In this document: positions 27,772 through 39,600 of the stretch, one piece after another
Position numbering within the stretch: the stretch's first letter is position 1
How the letters are laid out: each line of letters starts with the position of its first letter
DNA from: Botryllus schlosseri
Taxonomy: Eukaryota
Reading direction: 5' to 3'
Assembly (NCBI GenBank): GCA_051294905.1
Contig: CM119371.1
Location: forward strand, 7,504,001-7,568,000
Length of the DNA stretch: 64,000 nt
Position numbers and translations under genes: made by a program
The notes under the pieces: generated by a model
Told to the model about the DNA's origin: nothing
Seen by the model: the letters and a program-made list of their open reading frames with translations, nothing else
Databases searched by the model: none

Positions 27772-28875
27772 TTCCAACCGAATATCACAAAGATTGGTTG
27801 TAAAAGAGCAGCAACACGAAAGATCACGCTGATTTCACTCTGTTTGGAAACGAAATCAGCGAAGCATGTAGCTTGTCAGTGTCATCTAACGGATAATTAG
27901 TTTTTGCATTCGCAGTGTAGCCGTTACCAATGATATATATATTTATCATTGCGGTTACTGACGGGGTAAACCTTGTGCTATGAGTAACAGCTATTCAGTT
28001 TATTATTATTTTCAACATTTCGAAACAGCACAAGACTGCGATTAGGCGACGTAGAGAAGAGGCATGCACGCACACTGAATGAAAGTACAGCAGAGAATAT
28101 AAAAGGCAAGCTAGCCTGACAAATGGGTACAATCTTAGGAAATATATGCATTTACGATAGTCATGGGTCGAAAGAACAGTTCAAGTAGTAGTGGAAGTAA
28201 AATTTCAAAAGGTCACCATTATGGTATGTAGCGCAAATAAGCAAAACCTACAGGAGTAGTGCGACTAGGGCCAATCTTCAGTAATATATTCAGTTACGAT
28301 AAGTGGCTATTTTACGGGCTTCTTATGGCACTCATAAAAAATATCCAAATTATCCCAAAACTACTTTCTACTTTCCAAAACCCAAAGTGTGAAAAGTAGT
28401 TTGCATATAATCTGTTTAAGTAGTTGCTTCTACTAATGGCATAAAAAGACAGCTACTTCAGTACTTCCCAAAATTAGTAGTACTTGTTATAGACCCCATC
28501 TGGCAATATGTCCCTAACTTTGCGCAGGTTGACCAATATTATTGTCGTCATAGCAGTATCAATTTGAACGAGCTTTCGAACGCCTATAGCGGTGTGCTCC
28601 AGAAAAAAAAAAGTGGGGAAGATTATCTGCATCCGCCTGGACTCTCCATGACTGTAAAATCAGCATTCGTTGTGTACCCTTTATTTGATATTCATGTGTT
28701 GTTATAGTTTAGGCCTACCATACGTTGGGGTTGCCATACGTCCAGAATTTCCCGGACATGTCCGGAATATCACTGTTCAAACTGGCGTCCGGGAGGAATT
28801 CTGAAATATGCCAAAATGTCCGGAATTTTGAAGGCTTGAAATAGGATCAATTTTTGTTCGTAAATCAACATAAAC

Positions 28876-29289
28876 GAGAGAGATAGAGAGAGAGAGAGAG
28901 AGAGTCTTTATTTTCATTGAACCAAAATACATAACAAACGGCAGTGATGGTGGTACAGAAAATATGCTTCCACAGTATTCGGTATTAGATAGGAATGATC
29001 GATAAGACCGTGAAGGTCATCTAGTCTGATCACACCAGCATCAAACAGGTACACTTGACTCTGAACAGTCTGGCTGTAAAAAATGTTTAGTTAAGAAATG
29101 AAAACAGCAAAAAAAATCAAACAATGGTAGCAAATGATCAATGAAGCAATGTCTGGGCGAGGTAGGGCAACAGTGTTAGTGTAACGACAAGAGGTGGTCA
29201 AGTAGGGCTTTTTTGAATCTATTATAAGGCAATTCACGGATATGTGGTGGTAATGCATTCCAGATGATAAGTCCCGAGTAGTCGATAGC
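28876..29289 (-). mobile_element. 5'-truncated CR1/L2-group LINE 3' end with (TC)n tail
   Basis: Minus frame DYSGLIIWNALPPHIRELPYNRFKKALLDHLLSLH* (stop 29178-29176), the typical WNxLP C-terminal motif, followed by AATAAA and a TC microsatellite. Confidence 0.75.
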
Positions 29290-29300
29290 AGTGTTGGGAT

Positions 29301-29500
29301 CAGGGTTGTAATGACTCGAGTCATGACTCGACTCGAGTCAGACTCGAGTCACGTTTTTTTTTGTGACTCGACTTGACTCAAATCATTTTCTTGAAATGGG
29401 AAAATGACTCGACTCGAGTCAATATTTGGATTGACTCGACTTGTACTCGAGTCAATACGCATGACTCGACCCAAGTCAATGACTCGGCTTATTTTATATG
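29301..29500. mobile_element. Left end of GACTCGAGTC-rich MITE
   Basis: CAGGGTTGTAATGACTCGAGTCATGACTCG; right end not found. Confidence 0.65.
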
Positions 29501-29645
29501 ACTTGAAGATGAATAAATTTGCGAATGGTAATGGCTAGTTCAACACATCTGACGCATTCTGCCGACATCGCTATTTGTCACCACTGCTTTCGTTGCACTC
29601 GTCTGATATCAGATATGCCGTCGAAAAAACAACAGACAATGATAC

Positions 29646-30261
29646 CATAGTGTCCTATATGGTGTCGACACAAGCAAATCGCACGGTTCAATGAAATTGT
29701 AGCACGTCACAGTTTCCATTTGGCTACAGGCAATTTGACGGTGATTTTTGACCGACTTGCCGAGCATCAAATATGATAAAACGGGTATCAATCGAAAGCT
29801 GCCGCCGTACTGATTACGAAAATATAAATTTTATTCCGCTCGCGGCCCTGGAACCCCCACAATCAGCCTCTAATTTTTCATTGTTATGGAGATTGGCATT
29901 GGGACGCAACAATGCTGTCTAGCGAAACGAGACAGGTGCTCGAGAAAAAGGGAGCCAGACAGTATTGTTGCGTCTGTCGTTTCGCCAGACAGCATTGTTG
30001 CGTCCCAATGCCAATCTCAATAACAATGAAAAATTAGAGGCTGATTGTGGGGGTTCCAGGGCCGCGAGCGGAATAAAATTTATATTTTCGTAATCAGTAC
30101 GGCGGCAGCTTTCGATTGATACCCGTTTTATCAAATTTGATGCTCGGCAAGTCGGTCAAAAATCACCGTCAAATTGCCTGTAGCCAAATGGAAACTGTGA
30201 CGTGATACAATTTCATTGAACCGTGCGATTTGCTTGTGTCGACACCATATAGGACACTATG
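29646..30261. mobile_element. Foldback element, family A (616 bp)
   Basis: CATAG...CTATG, 285-bp arms (29646-29930 / 29977-30261) with about 4 mismatches, 46-bp spacer, flanked by ATGATAC on both sides. Confidence 0.9.
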
Positions 30262-32611
30262 ATGATACTATAGAAATTAAACATGGAACGGCAACGACCG
30301 ATTTTGCAGCTTCGTTCCGCTTCGCCGAGGCTGGAGTGGAGAGTTGTTTTGCGTAAGCGACTGTAGGATTTCTGGCATTCCAAAAGCTATCTTCCCGAGC
30401 GCAGAAATGAGAGGGTAAACCGAAATTGCAGTCACTAGAGGGCGCGCGTGCGACTGGTCCTTTGTTTACGTATCTACGACGACGACGCAAGAAGTGTAGT
30501 AGAGGTAGTATTGGAGTGGTAGTAGTGGAGTAGTTATAGTAGTAAAGTAGTAATAGAGGTAGTAGTGATGCCGTGTTGTTCTGTTCCCCGTTGCTCAAAT
30601 GCCGGCGGTCACCGATTTCCGACTCGCGTAGACACCAGAAAGAAGTGGAAGATTGAAGTGAAGTGAAGTAAAGTAAAAGTGAAGTAAGTGAAGTGAAGTA
30701 AAAGTCTCTGAGCTTAGGCAAAAGGTACTCCTTCCAAAATTTGTCATCATACTGCACTTCCTCGATCAATATGCACGGTTTTCCATTACAGGGGGTGTAC
30801 ACAATGAAGTAGCAAGCATCCCTCTTGCTTAGTGCCAGGCCTCCTTGTATTTGGCAGTAGTATGGGTGCGATATAGGCCTACGTAATGCCATTCTCCCAT
30901 CAGACCTGAACTCGAGGAATGAGAAGTCCTTCCCTGGTGCAGTATGGTTTTCACGGGCAGTGTATGGGCATTTAATTTCTATGGTGTGGGTAGACCCCAC
31001 TAACCCATCTGAAGTATCCCCAAGGTAGGGAAACGATGGCAATATCCAGAGACCTGACGAGTCTACAGTAACACACATCTCTTCCTCAAATGCCCGCCTC
31101 GCTATTGGCTCATAGGTCTTTCCATGAATAATTGGCTGAACTTTGAGTTTTTGGGGATTAAGGATGGTGCTACACAGAGAATGGAGATTACGTCGGGCTG
31201 TGAGATGGAAAATGGTGCCGAAGTGACTTGCTGTTAATCGCCATTCTCTGTGACGAAACCACAAACTGCTGTGGCTTTGTTGTCTTGTAGCAGACTGAAT
31301 CTGTTCGGCTTCTTTTTCTGTAATCTGGAAACAAAATAGACAATTTCATTAAAAAGAAACATGGTTACGAACAACTACCACTAGGCCTACTAGGAAAAGA
31401 AGCATCCCACCTTTAAAGAATAGTCCACCCAGTACTGTCTCCAGTCAATACCAAAATAATTATGATCATGAGTGGCTTCAAACAAATTTGCTTTTTTGTA
31501 CATGTGCCGCATCGGAAGGTCTTTGCCAGAAGAAAAGCAGAAACCAATGACTTGATTTCTGACATAATCATTATAGCCAGGCCAGTTTTGAAATTTTGAA
31601 GGTCGTGGATCCTCATCGTTCTTTTGGACAAACAGGTCTTGGCATTTAACCGGAGAAGCTGTAAATCCAAGAATTGTTACATTAAGTTTTGATCAAATCA
31701 TCTATATATATATAAATAACCTACTCTGAATCTTAGATAATAAACCTGTTTTTGATCATCTTTGTCTTACCTAAACGAAACTTGCGAGGCCTGTTAAAAG
31801 TCTGAAGAGCGTCAGTACAGCCGTTTGCAACCTTAAGTGCGCCTGACTCCTTGAAACATGCAAGCATCAAGAGAATGGCTGCAATATGCTTGCACGTACT
31901 GTGAAGACCGGCTCCTGCTGGGCATTCACACGCACTATTCTGGATTTCACCACTTGGCAGTAACGCAACTTTCACATTATAGGTGAGCTGAAAAAAACAG
32001 ACCTAAGTATTCTTGGCCTTTCATTAGTATTCCAACACAATGACTAACATCACTACGCATGGTTGCGCACACCAAGCCCGAGACAAAAAACTTGCGGTTG
32101 TTCTCAACGAAGCTGGCCACCACTACTCTTTCACTTTCTAAAAGATTTGCCCCTTTCTCAATGCCTTTGAGATCTGCACAGCATGATTTGTCTGAAACTA
32201 GTCTGTACCGGAAGTATCCGTCGATCAAATCCTTATTCACTGGAGGTACTGAGTGCTGGTGATCCTCACATATTTGGCTAAATCCTTCTTTTGGCCACTC
32301 CACAGGGTCTGGTGCTGGCAGGACAATTTGAGGTCCCCGGAAATCTTTGTTTCGGTCATAAGCTTCGAGTCTATGTAACAACAATGGAGTAGCTCATAAA
32401 TTTGATACGAGACAGACACACAGATGGACAGATGGCCGACTGCATGCAATTGTTTATATAAAACCCAGCTTAATTATAGTGGTGCGCATACCGCAGCAAC
32501 ACGCCCTACTTACCTTTCCAATAGTTGACTTTTCCGGCCAGATGTCTTCGCTCCACGTTTTTTCAATTCTTTACGGAGTTCTTGTAAAGTCTTTCCAGCA
32601 ATTTTACCCAT
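30257..32611 (-). CDS. SAP + SWIM + YqaJ/lambda-exonuclease-like protein (ISL2EU accessory gene), 5 exons, native C-terminus lost
   Basis: Phase-compatible GT-AG exons: 32611-32514 (SAP: LQELRKELKKRGAKTSGRKSQLLER), 32370-32049, 31987-31771 (SWIM: CECPAG..CKHIAA), 31658-31411, and 31324 onward (TRQQSHSSLWF..RLTAS..DGLV..EIKCP..YYCQIQG). Homology ends ~30700 and the frame reads through to 30257. Confidence 0.85.
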
Positions 32612-32741
32612 TACTAAATCATACAAGAACTGCGAACGTCGCTCGGGTACTGCTGATGTATGGAGTCACACGCAACTGCAACGCGACTGAAAGGACCAGA
32701 GCTCTCGATTCCACCAAGTGGTGACCGCAGTTTACCCTCTC
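30409..32741. mobile_element. ISL2EU (PHIS group) DNA transposon, internally deleted
   Basis: Perfect 12-bp TIR GAGAGGGTAAAC and 2-bp TSD AT (30407-8, 32742-3), confirmed against uninterrupted B copies. Carries a convergent THAP ORF and YqaJ exonuclease gene. Confidence 0.9.
30568..30666 (+). pseudogene. N-terminal THAP zinc-finger fragment of the ISL2EU transposase
   Basis: MPCCSVPRCSNAGGHRFPTRVDTRKKWKIEVK* matches the THAP CxxxxC..HxFP..RxxW signature. The DDE domain is missing. Confidence 0.85.
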
Positions 32742-33201
32742 ATTACTGAATCTGGTCTTGATCGAAAGCTACTGTTGCACCGATTCCGAAAATATAAATT
32801 AAAATAATGATCAGGCACTGATCCACCAAGAATCTGTCTTCCAAGTCTGAAATATCGGCATTGTCCAGAACAATCGGGTAACCGTAGCACAATGGCCATA
32901 ACAATGACCCGTTGCGACTCTCCGATTGTTCGAACAATGCCGATATTTTAGACTTGGAGGACGGATTCTAGGTGGATATGTGCCTGATCATAATTTTAAT
33001 TTATATTTTCGGAATCGATGCAACAGTAGCTTTCGATCAAGACCAGATTCAGTAATTTCTGCGCTCGGGAAGATAGCTTTTGGAATGCCAGAAATCCTAC
33101 AGTCGCTTACGCAAAACAATTCTCCACTCCAGCCTCGGCGAAGCGGAACGAAGCTGCAAAATCGGTCGTTGCCGTTCCATGTTTAATTTCTATAATGATA
33201 C

Positions 33202-33792
33202 TATGGAAATTAAACATGGAACGGCAACGACCGATTTTGCAGCTTCGTTCCGCTTCGCAGAGGCTGGAGAGGAGACTTGTTTTGCGTAAGCGACTGTAGG
33301 ATTTCTGGCAATCCAAAAGCTATCTTCCCGAGCGCAGAAATTATTGAATCTGGTCTTGATCGAAAGCTACTGTTGCACCGATTCCGAAAATATAAATTTA
33401 AATAATGATCAGGCACTGATCCACCAAGAATCTGTCTTCCAAGTCTGAAATATCGGCATTGTCCAGAACAATCGGGTAACCGTAGCACAATGGCCATAAC
33501 AATGACCCGTTGCGACTCTCCGATTGTTCGAACAATGCCGATATTTTAGACTTGGAGGACGGATTCTAGGTGGATATGTGCCTGATCATAATTTTAATTT
33601 ATATTTTCGGAATCGATGCAACAGTAGCTTTCGATCAAGACCAGATTCAGTAATTTCTGCGCTCGGGAAGATAGCTTTTGGAATGCCAGAAATCCTACAG
33701 TCGCTTACGCAAAACAATTCTCCACTCCAGCCTCGGCGAAGCGGAACGAAGCTGCAAAATCGGTCGTTGCCGTTCCATGTTTAATTTCTATA
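33202..33792. mobile_element. Foldback element B2 (591 bp)
   Basis: ~274-bp arms, ATGATAC on both sides. Right half appears identical to B1. Confidence 0.9.
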
Positions 33793-33799
33793 ATGATAC

Positions 33800-34301
33800 T
33801 ATGGAAATTAAACATGGAACGGCAACGACCGATTTTGCAGCTTCGTTCCGCTTCGCCGAGGCTGGAGTGGAGAGTGGTTTTGCGTAAGCGACTGTAGGAT
33901 TTCTGGCAATCCAAACCTATCTTCCCGAGCACAGAAATTATTGAATATGGTCTTGATCGAATGCCACTGCTGCACCGATTCCGAAAATATACAGTAAAAT
34001 ATTGATCAGTCACTGATCCACCTGGAATCCATCCTCCAAGTCGAAATATCGGCATTGTTCGAACAATCGGAGAGTCGCAACGGGTCATTGTTATGGTCAT
34101 TGTGTTGCGGTTACCAGATTGTTCTGAACAATCCCGATATTTCAGACTTGGAGGACAGATTTTAGGTGGATCATTGCCTGATCATAATTTAAATTTATAT
34201 TTTCGGAATCAGTGCAACAGTAGCTTTAACGGCAACGACCGATTTTGCAGCTTCGTTCCGCTTCGCCGGGGCTGGAGTGGAGAATTGTTTTGCGTAAGCG
34301 A
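33800..34301. mobile_element. Foldback element B3, spacer in opposite orientation, right arm rearranged and truncated
   Basis: Left arm intact. Right arm breaks at ~34227 and is followed by a second copy of left-arm sequence to ~34301. Confidence 0.8.
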
Positions 34302-34537
34302 TTCAGGGATATATAGAACTCCGGGATGACTGACTGCGTCAATTGCGTCATCGCGGTATTACCTAAGTGGGTCCAGATTCGCGCATTCAGTTTTGATGCA
34401 CGTTCCGTTCAGCCGCTTCATCTGTGTGTAATTTTAAGTTTCTGAGAGCGGTAGACGAGGCATATAATATCCATGTTTATGTTATTATATAAAGCTAGAG
34501 GTTAACTAGGTTATGAGATGTTCAGGTAGTCTGAAAC

Positions 34538-35128
34538 TATAGAAATTAAACATGGAACGGCAACGACCGATTTTGCAGCTTCGTTCCGCTTCGCAGAGGC
34601 TGGAGAGGAGACTTGTTTTGCGTAAGCGACTGTAGGATTTCTGGCAATCCAAAAGCTATCTTCCCGAGCGCAGAAATTCTTGAATCTGGTCTTGATCGGA
34701 AGCTACTGTTGCACCGATTCCGAAAATATAAATTTAAATAATGATCAGGCACTGATCCACCTAGAATCTGTCCTCCAAGTCTGAAATATCGGCATTGTTC
34801 AGAACAATCGAGTAACCGCAACACAATGACCATAACAATGACCCGTTGCGACTCTCCGATTGTTCGAACAATGCCGATATTTCAGACTTGGAGGACGGAT
34901 TCTAGGTGGATCAGTGCCTGATAATTATTTTACTTCATATTTTCGGAATCAGTGCAACAGTAGCTTTCGATCAAGACCAGATTCAATAATTTCTGCGCTC
35001 GGGAAGATAGCTTTTGGATTGCCAGAAATCCTACTGTCGCTTACGCAAAACGATTCTCCACTCCAGCCCCGGCGAAGCGGAACGAAGCTGCAAAATCGGT
35101 CGTTGCCGTTCCATGTTTAATTTCTATA
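34538..35128. mobile_element. Foldback element B4 (591 bp)
   Basis: Complete arms. Flanks CTGAAAC / GTTTCAT are not a direct repeat. Confidence 0.9.
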
Positions 35129-35231
35129 GTTTCATGCTCCAACCTACTGAGCTATATAAACAACCAAATATCATAAAGATTGGTTTTAAAAGAGCAGCAA
35201 CACGAAAAATCAGAGCAGGGTTGGTTCGATT

Positions 35232-35570
35232 ATGTTCACAATAAGAACAATTTTGTTCACAATAAGAACAGTCTCATGTTCACAATAAGGACAGTCATGT
35301 TCACAATAAGAGCAGTCTCATGTTCACAATAAGAGCAGTCGTTGTATTCACAATAACATCAGTCGCAGCACCACCATATCCCCTGGACACGATGTCCGAG
35401 TGGCAACATAGTCCGAACACAACCCAGACATGATGTCCGAACACCCCCAGACATGGTGTCCTAGTGTCAACGCAGTCCGAACACACCCCAGACACGATGT
35501 ACGAACGCCCCCCTTAAGACATGATGTCCGAGTATCAACGCAGTCCGGACACACCCCAGACACGATGTCA
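35232..35570. repeat. Two adjacent minisatellites
   Basis: About 6 copies of TGTTCACAATAAGANCAGTC(TCA) (~20-22 bp), then imperfect CAGACAYGATGTCCGA units. Confidence 0.8.
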
Positions 35571-36242
35571 TATCAAAGACTCGAAAATTGGTATCCGCAG
35601 CTATCCTGCTAGGCGCTCAGCAATCACGGACAGCATGGAGGAGAAAAAACTGGTGCGCAGACTAGATGACCTCACGGCCGTATCGCAAGTCCGTCGTCAT
35701 GGTCGCGTCGATGGTGCAGGCAAAGAAGAATATCATCTCTCTCCGCGATATACGGTTACATTCATATTTGATTATTATACTGCTATGCAAACGACGTTCG
35801 CTACCCTGAACATCAATGGAGCTTGCACTCATATTGTTGGACGATGAGAATTGTGTCGATAAATCTATGTTCATAGATTCAAATATTTCATTGCTGTAAC
35901 AGCACTTGAACTTGAAACATTGCAGATTTGCTGCATATGTGATAAAAGGCAACGATGTTGCCTAAACTACGGGTATTATTGGTAAAATGTGGGGTGTTGT
36001 TCCCAGAAATTCGATCTTTAGCACGTTTCCGATTCCATATAATTTGCATATATATATCCATATAGGTGCCGTTCTTCCAGGTTGAAACAAATCATGTACG
36101 AATGAAATGGATGTCGCAGTCACTATCGATGCCGTGCACATATATGCCAAAGGATAGGCTACTTGATTACTTGGGGATCGTTTTGTATCGCATGTTGTTG
36201 TTGTTACCCATGTTGTTGTAACCGATGTGGCGGGCATAGGAC

Positions 36243-36657
36243 CAGTGATGGCTTTACGATTGGGGGGGGGGGCTGGGCGAAACTCAGGGGGCCCCCTATG
36301 TGTACGTAATCGAAGCTTCCCCGCCTTTCAATAATCACTACGGTTTCTATAATATTTTTTGGTAACATGTTTAGTCAAGAGTGTGGTTACAACCCAAAAC
36401 GCCTAAAAACTGCAGGAATTAACATTTCCTGGCAGTAAAATCTGTCATTTGCAGTAAACCATATTGGACTTTCAAACGAATGCAGAGAGTTGATGATTAA
36501 CCCATTTCTACGGTATCATAGGGATGGGTACAGCGGTACAGGGATTATCGCCGTTAATCGTCAAATGATAACGTTCGAAAAAAGCAAGTAGACGAAGAAG
36601 GGGGGCCCATCGAAAGCGAGGGGCGCCAGCGACCGCCCACTCCAAAAGCCACCTCTG
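36243..36657. mobile_element. hAT-like MITE (GGGCCC-containing)
   Basis: CAGTGATGGCTTT ... AAAGCCACCTCTG, perfect TSD CATAGGAC. Confidence 0.8.
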
Positions 36658-39600
36658 CATAGGACGTACATGTGCCAGCTATATAATCAAACAACTGTTA
36701 TAATAAATGACTCCAGATACTTTGCGTTATCAAATACAGCACCATCGATCGATGAAAAAATGCCTATGTCAAGCGTATTGACCAGTAATCATGATATATT
36801 TGTGGTTGATGCGAGGAACAATGGAATATTTCCCCAAGTCAATGTTCAGCGAACAATCTCGATATGATGACACAGGCAAGTTCCAGACGTTCATTATAGT
36901 TCAGCATCTGAATGCAGTGCAAATACTTATCGCCGTGTAAAGTGTAGCTGATCTCTTGTGCCCCTCGGCGTTTTCTGTGAAAATCATGTATTCGACACAT
37001 TGCATTTACCTACTTGTATATGAATGATTGTAATCATATCTTCGATTGCATTCGATTTTGTGAAATTGGTAACGGAATAAACGAACTTTTTGCAGCAAAA
37101 TATGATGATTTCTTCATGTAAAAAGGAAGGAGTGGCAGGGAGTCAGATTATTATCTACGTTTGCATCACTAATGGGCTAGTGAGATGACGAGGAAACTGC
37201 AAGGCTATCGAGTCTGTCGTTTGTCTGAACGAGCAATAAGATGTACGCTCTAACATTGCTCTATCAACTGCCTAGGAAGTTCAAGTAACACATATGTTTC
37301 GGTGTTAGTTCAAAATCCACCGCCCCGGTGCAATTTTCAATAGTCAGAGGTAATTAAATTCATTTCTACAGCAAACACAGAAGATAAACATTTGTAAAAC
37401 CGAGGTAATTTTTAACCCATCCCTGAACTACTCAATAAAGTGATAATATAACTATCGAATGGAAATAATAATGTAACTTAAGTGCGTGCAATATTAGTGG
37501 AAGCCGTCTACAAACCTAGTCGCCGGCAAGTTCGTAGTGCAAAAGAAGAAGATCTACCGAAGTATAGTCAAATTGGATGCAAAGGGCGGATTTTGATCCT
37601 ACTAGATATAAGGAAAAATGACAAACTGGCCATGAAATTCACTGTGGCCGGCCACGAGACAACGCTTTCGGGGCCGGCCACAGAAAAATCTGTGGCCAGT
37701 AAGTGGCCACTGGAAAGCGGAGACCCCTACTGACTCACCCAATGCTGCATCCTACCCTTGTAGCCGTGCTCTGTTTGCAAAATCACAGAAAAAAGGAGCT
37801 GACTAGTAGTCAATGACTACGCATTGTGAGCATACAGAATATAAATCCAAGAATAATGCATTCCCAACACCGTTACACAAGAATATCAAAACGCCGCAGG
37901 TAGCGTACCCCGAAATACGAGCAGCCTGAATGAACAGCGCGTTACCGTAACTAAAAGTTTGATTGACAGCGTTCCGGGAACTCAGCTGCGCTATTCGTAC
38001 TCAGTCGGTCCAGTAAAAATCTCCGAAAATAAGCGCGTTCATACCACCCCGAAAAACCAGATTTATTTCACATAGAGGGGTTCCGGTAAACATTTTCGAG
38101 AAATTTTATTCCCGGAACCCCGGTATGAAAAGGGCCAGTTGACCAAGTCTGTCTGGACCGTCTCCACCTTATTGGTACAAATTGTTTGATTTGGGGGTTC
38201 GATTTGGATTGTTACTTGTGGCCTGCAGTGCGCTTCGCCTGGTCACTAGATGTCAACAAAGTAAAGCAGGCGCTTTTTGTAATGAGTCCTCCCTCGAAAA
38301 TTTGAAATTTTTTCGGTGTCTGATTCCGTCGTCACGACAACTTGCGACCCAGGTAGGGGGTCTGGGGTTTGACTTTTACGAATACTTCGTTTGATTGAGC
38401 CGACACATTCTTCCTCGCTTTGGAACGTCGCACAGGATCGGGCCGGTTCACGTACTATTCGATCTGCAAAAATAGTAGGGGGTCAGTCAATACTAGTATT
38501 GGAATCACAGGATTTTAAGGTACATCTCTGATCCCGATCCCGGGTTTAACTGTATTGAAATACAGGGATACCAGGAAAGCATCTATCAGAGCTGAAGCGG
38601 CACTAACTCTGCTCTAAACGCAGCGTTACAATATCAATTAACCATCTTCAACACTTTACATTGCCGTGATAATAATACCAACTATGGCACAACAATAAAC
38701 TACGCCAGTGGTCTTCACTCGTTTTCGTAATCGTACATCATTTTAAAGATCACTCAAAACTTGCGCATCCCAGTTCACATAATACGTCGAATCCGTAGTC
38801 ATAGTGATCAGAAGGGATGGGTAAGGCTGCAATGTATTAGAAATTTGAATGTAAAAAACGAATCAGCGCTCTAGATTACCCGCTCACGGTATAACAGTGG
38901 TTTTCGACCGAGGTCTATGAAACATAAATATAATTTGTGATATTCGTATCTATAATTTTTGCTTCATAACTGCTAAAACTTGATGGCTTACATCAGCCGA
39001 TTGAGACAAGATATCAAACTTTCCAGACTCGTTTTGATTGCCCGCAAACCATTTAGTCAACCATTGTCACAAACATTGGGCTGTTTTGTTTAGGTTTAAG
39101 AAATAACTAAAAATTTGAAATAGAAGGGTCAAACAGAGTATCCATAATCAGAAATCGCGTAAGCGATGATATTCTCACTGCTCTCACGATTTTACGTCGG
39201 ATTACAATGAATGAATGGGGCTTGAGACTGTATATTTCTACATCACTGGGTTAAGGGGCAAAATACCTATCCTTGGTTTTAAATTTTAATCCAGGAATCA
39301 CAACCCTAGTCAATACACGCATGCATTCAGTGTGGGACGATCCCCATAATATCGGCATCTTTCGTGGGTACCGCACTCATTTTGGTAGCCCACAGTGAAA
39401 GAAAAATTGCACGGATGATAGGAATCTGATCTTCTACTTTTCAAAGTTCTTCAAGTAGGCTTTGTCTGCTTCTACAGCTACCTCAAGTGATTTAGTTTTT
39501 ATACTCTTACACTTCTACTTAATAGATTTTCAGGAAAAACTAGTTGCTTGTTCCACTTCACGTAGTGGGAATAATTTTTGTGATACTTGCAATTCTTACT

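Larger units (their letters stand above)
30269..33194. mobile_element. Foldback element B1 (591 bp) interrupted by ISL2EU
   Basis: TATAGAAATTAAACATGG ... CCATGTTTAATTTCTATA, ATGATAC on both sides. Removing the insert and one AT gives 591 bp, as in the other B copies. Confidence 0.9.

Noticed and set aside
30568..30666. THAP fragment as the P transposase that mobilises the foldbacks
   Set aside because: It lies within ISL2EU termini in the orientation expected for that element's own transposase.
30257..31264. Phage or viral YqaJ recombinase acquired horizontally
   Set aside because: Spliceosomal introns, THAP partner, TIRs and AT TSD identify a eukaryotic transposon gene.
29639..34301. CRISPR array next to a Cas4-like PD-(D/E)XK nuclease
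   Set aside because: The repeats are 7-bp TSDs, the units are 600-bp foldback transposons, and the nuclease is an intron-containing gene inside ISL2EU TIRs.
32743..35244. Repeated 69-131 aa ORFs (MFEQCRYFRLGG...) as a peptide gene family
   Set aside because: They are incidental frames in foldback arms, present on both strands, with no recognisable domain.
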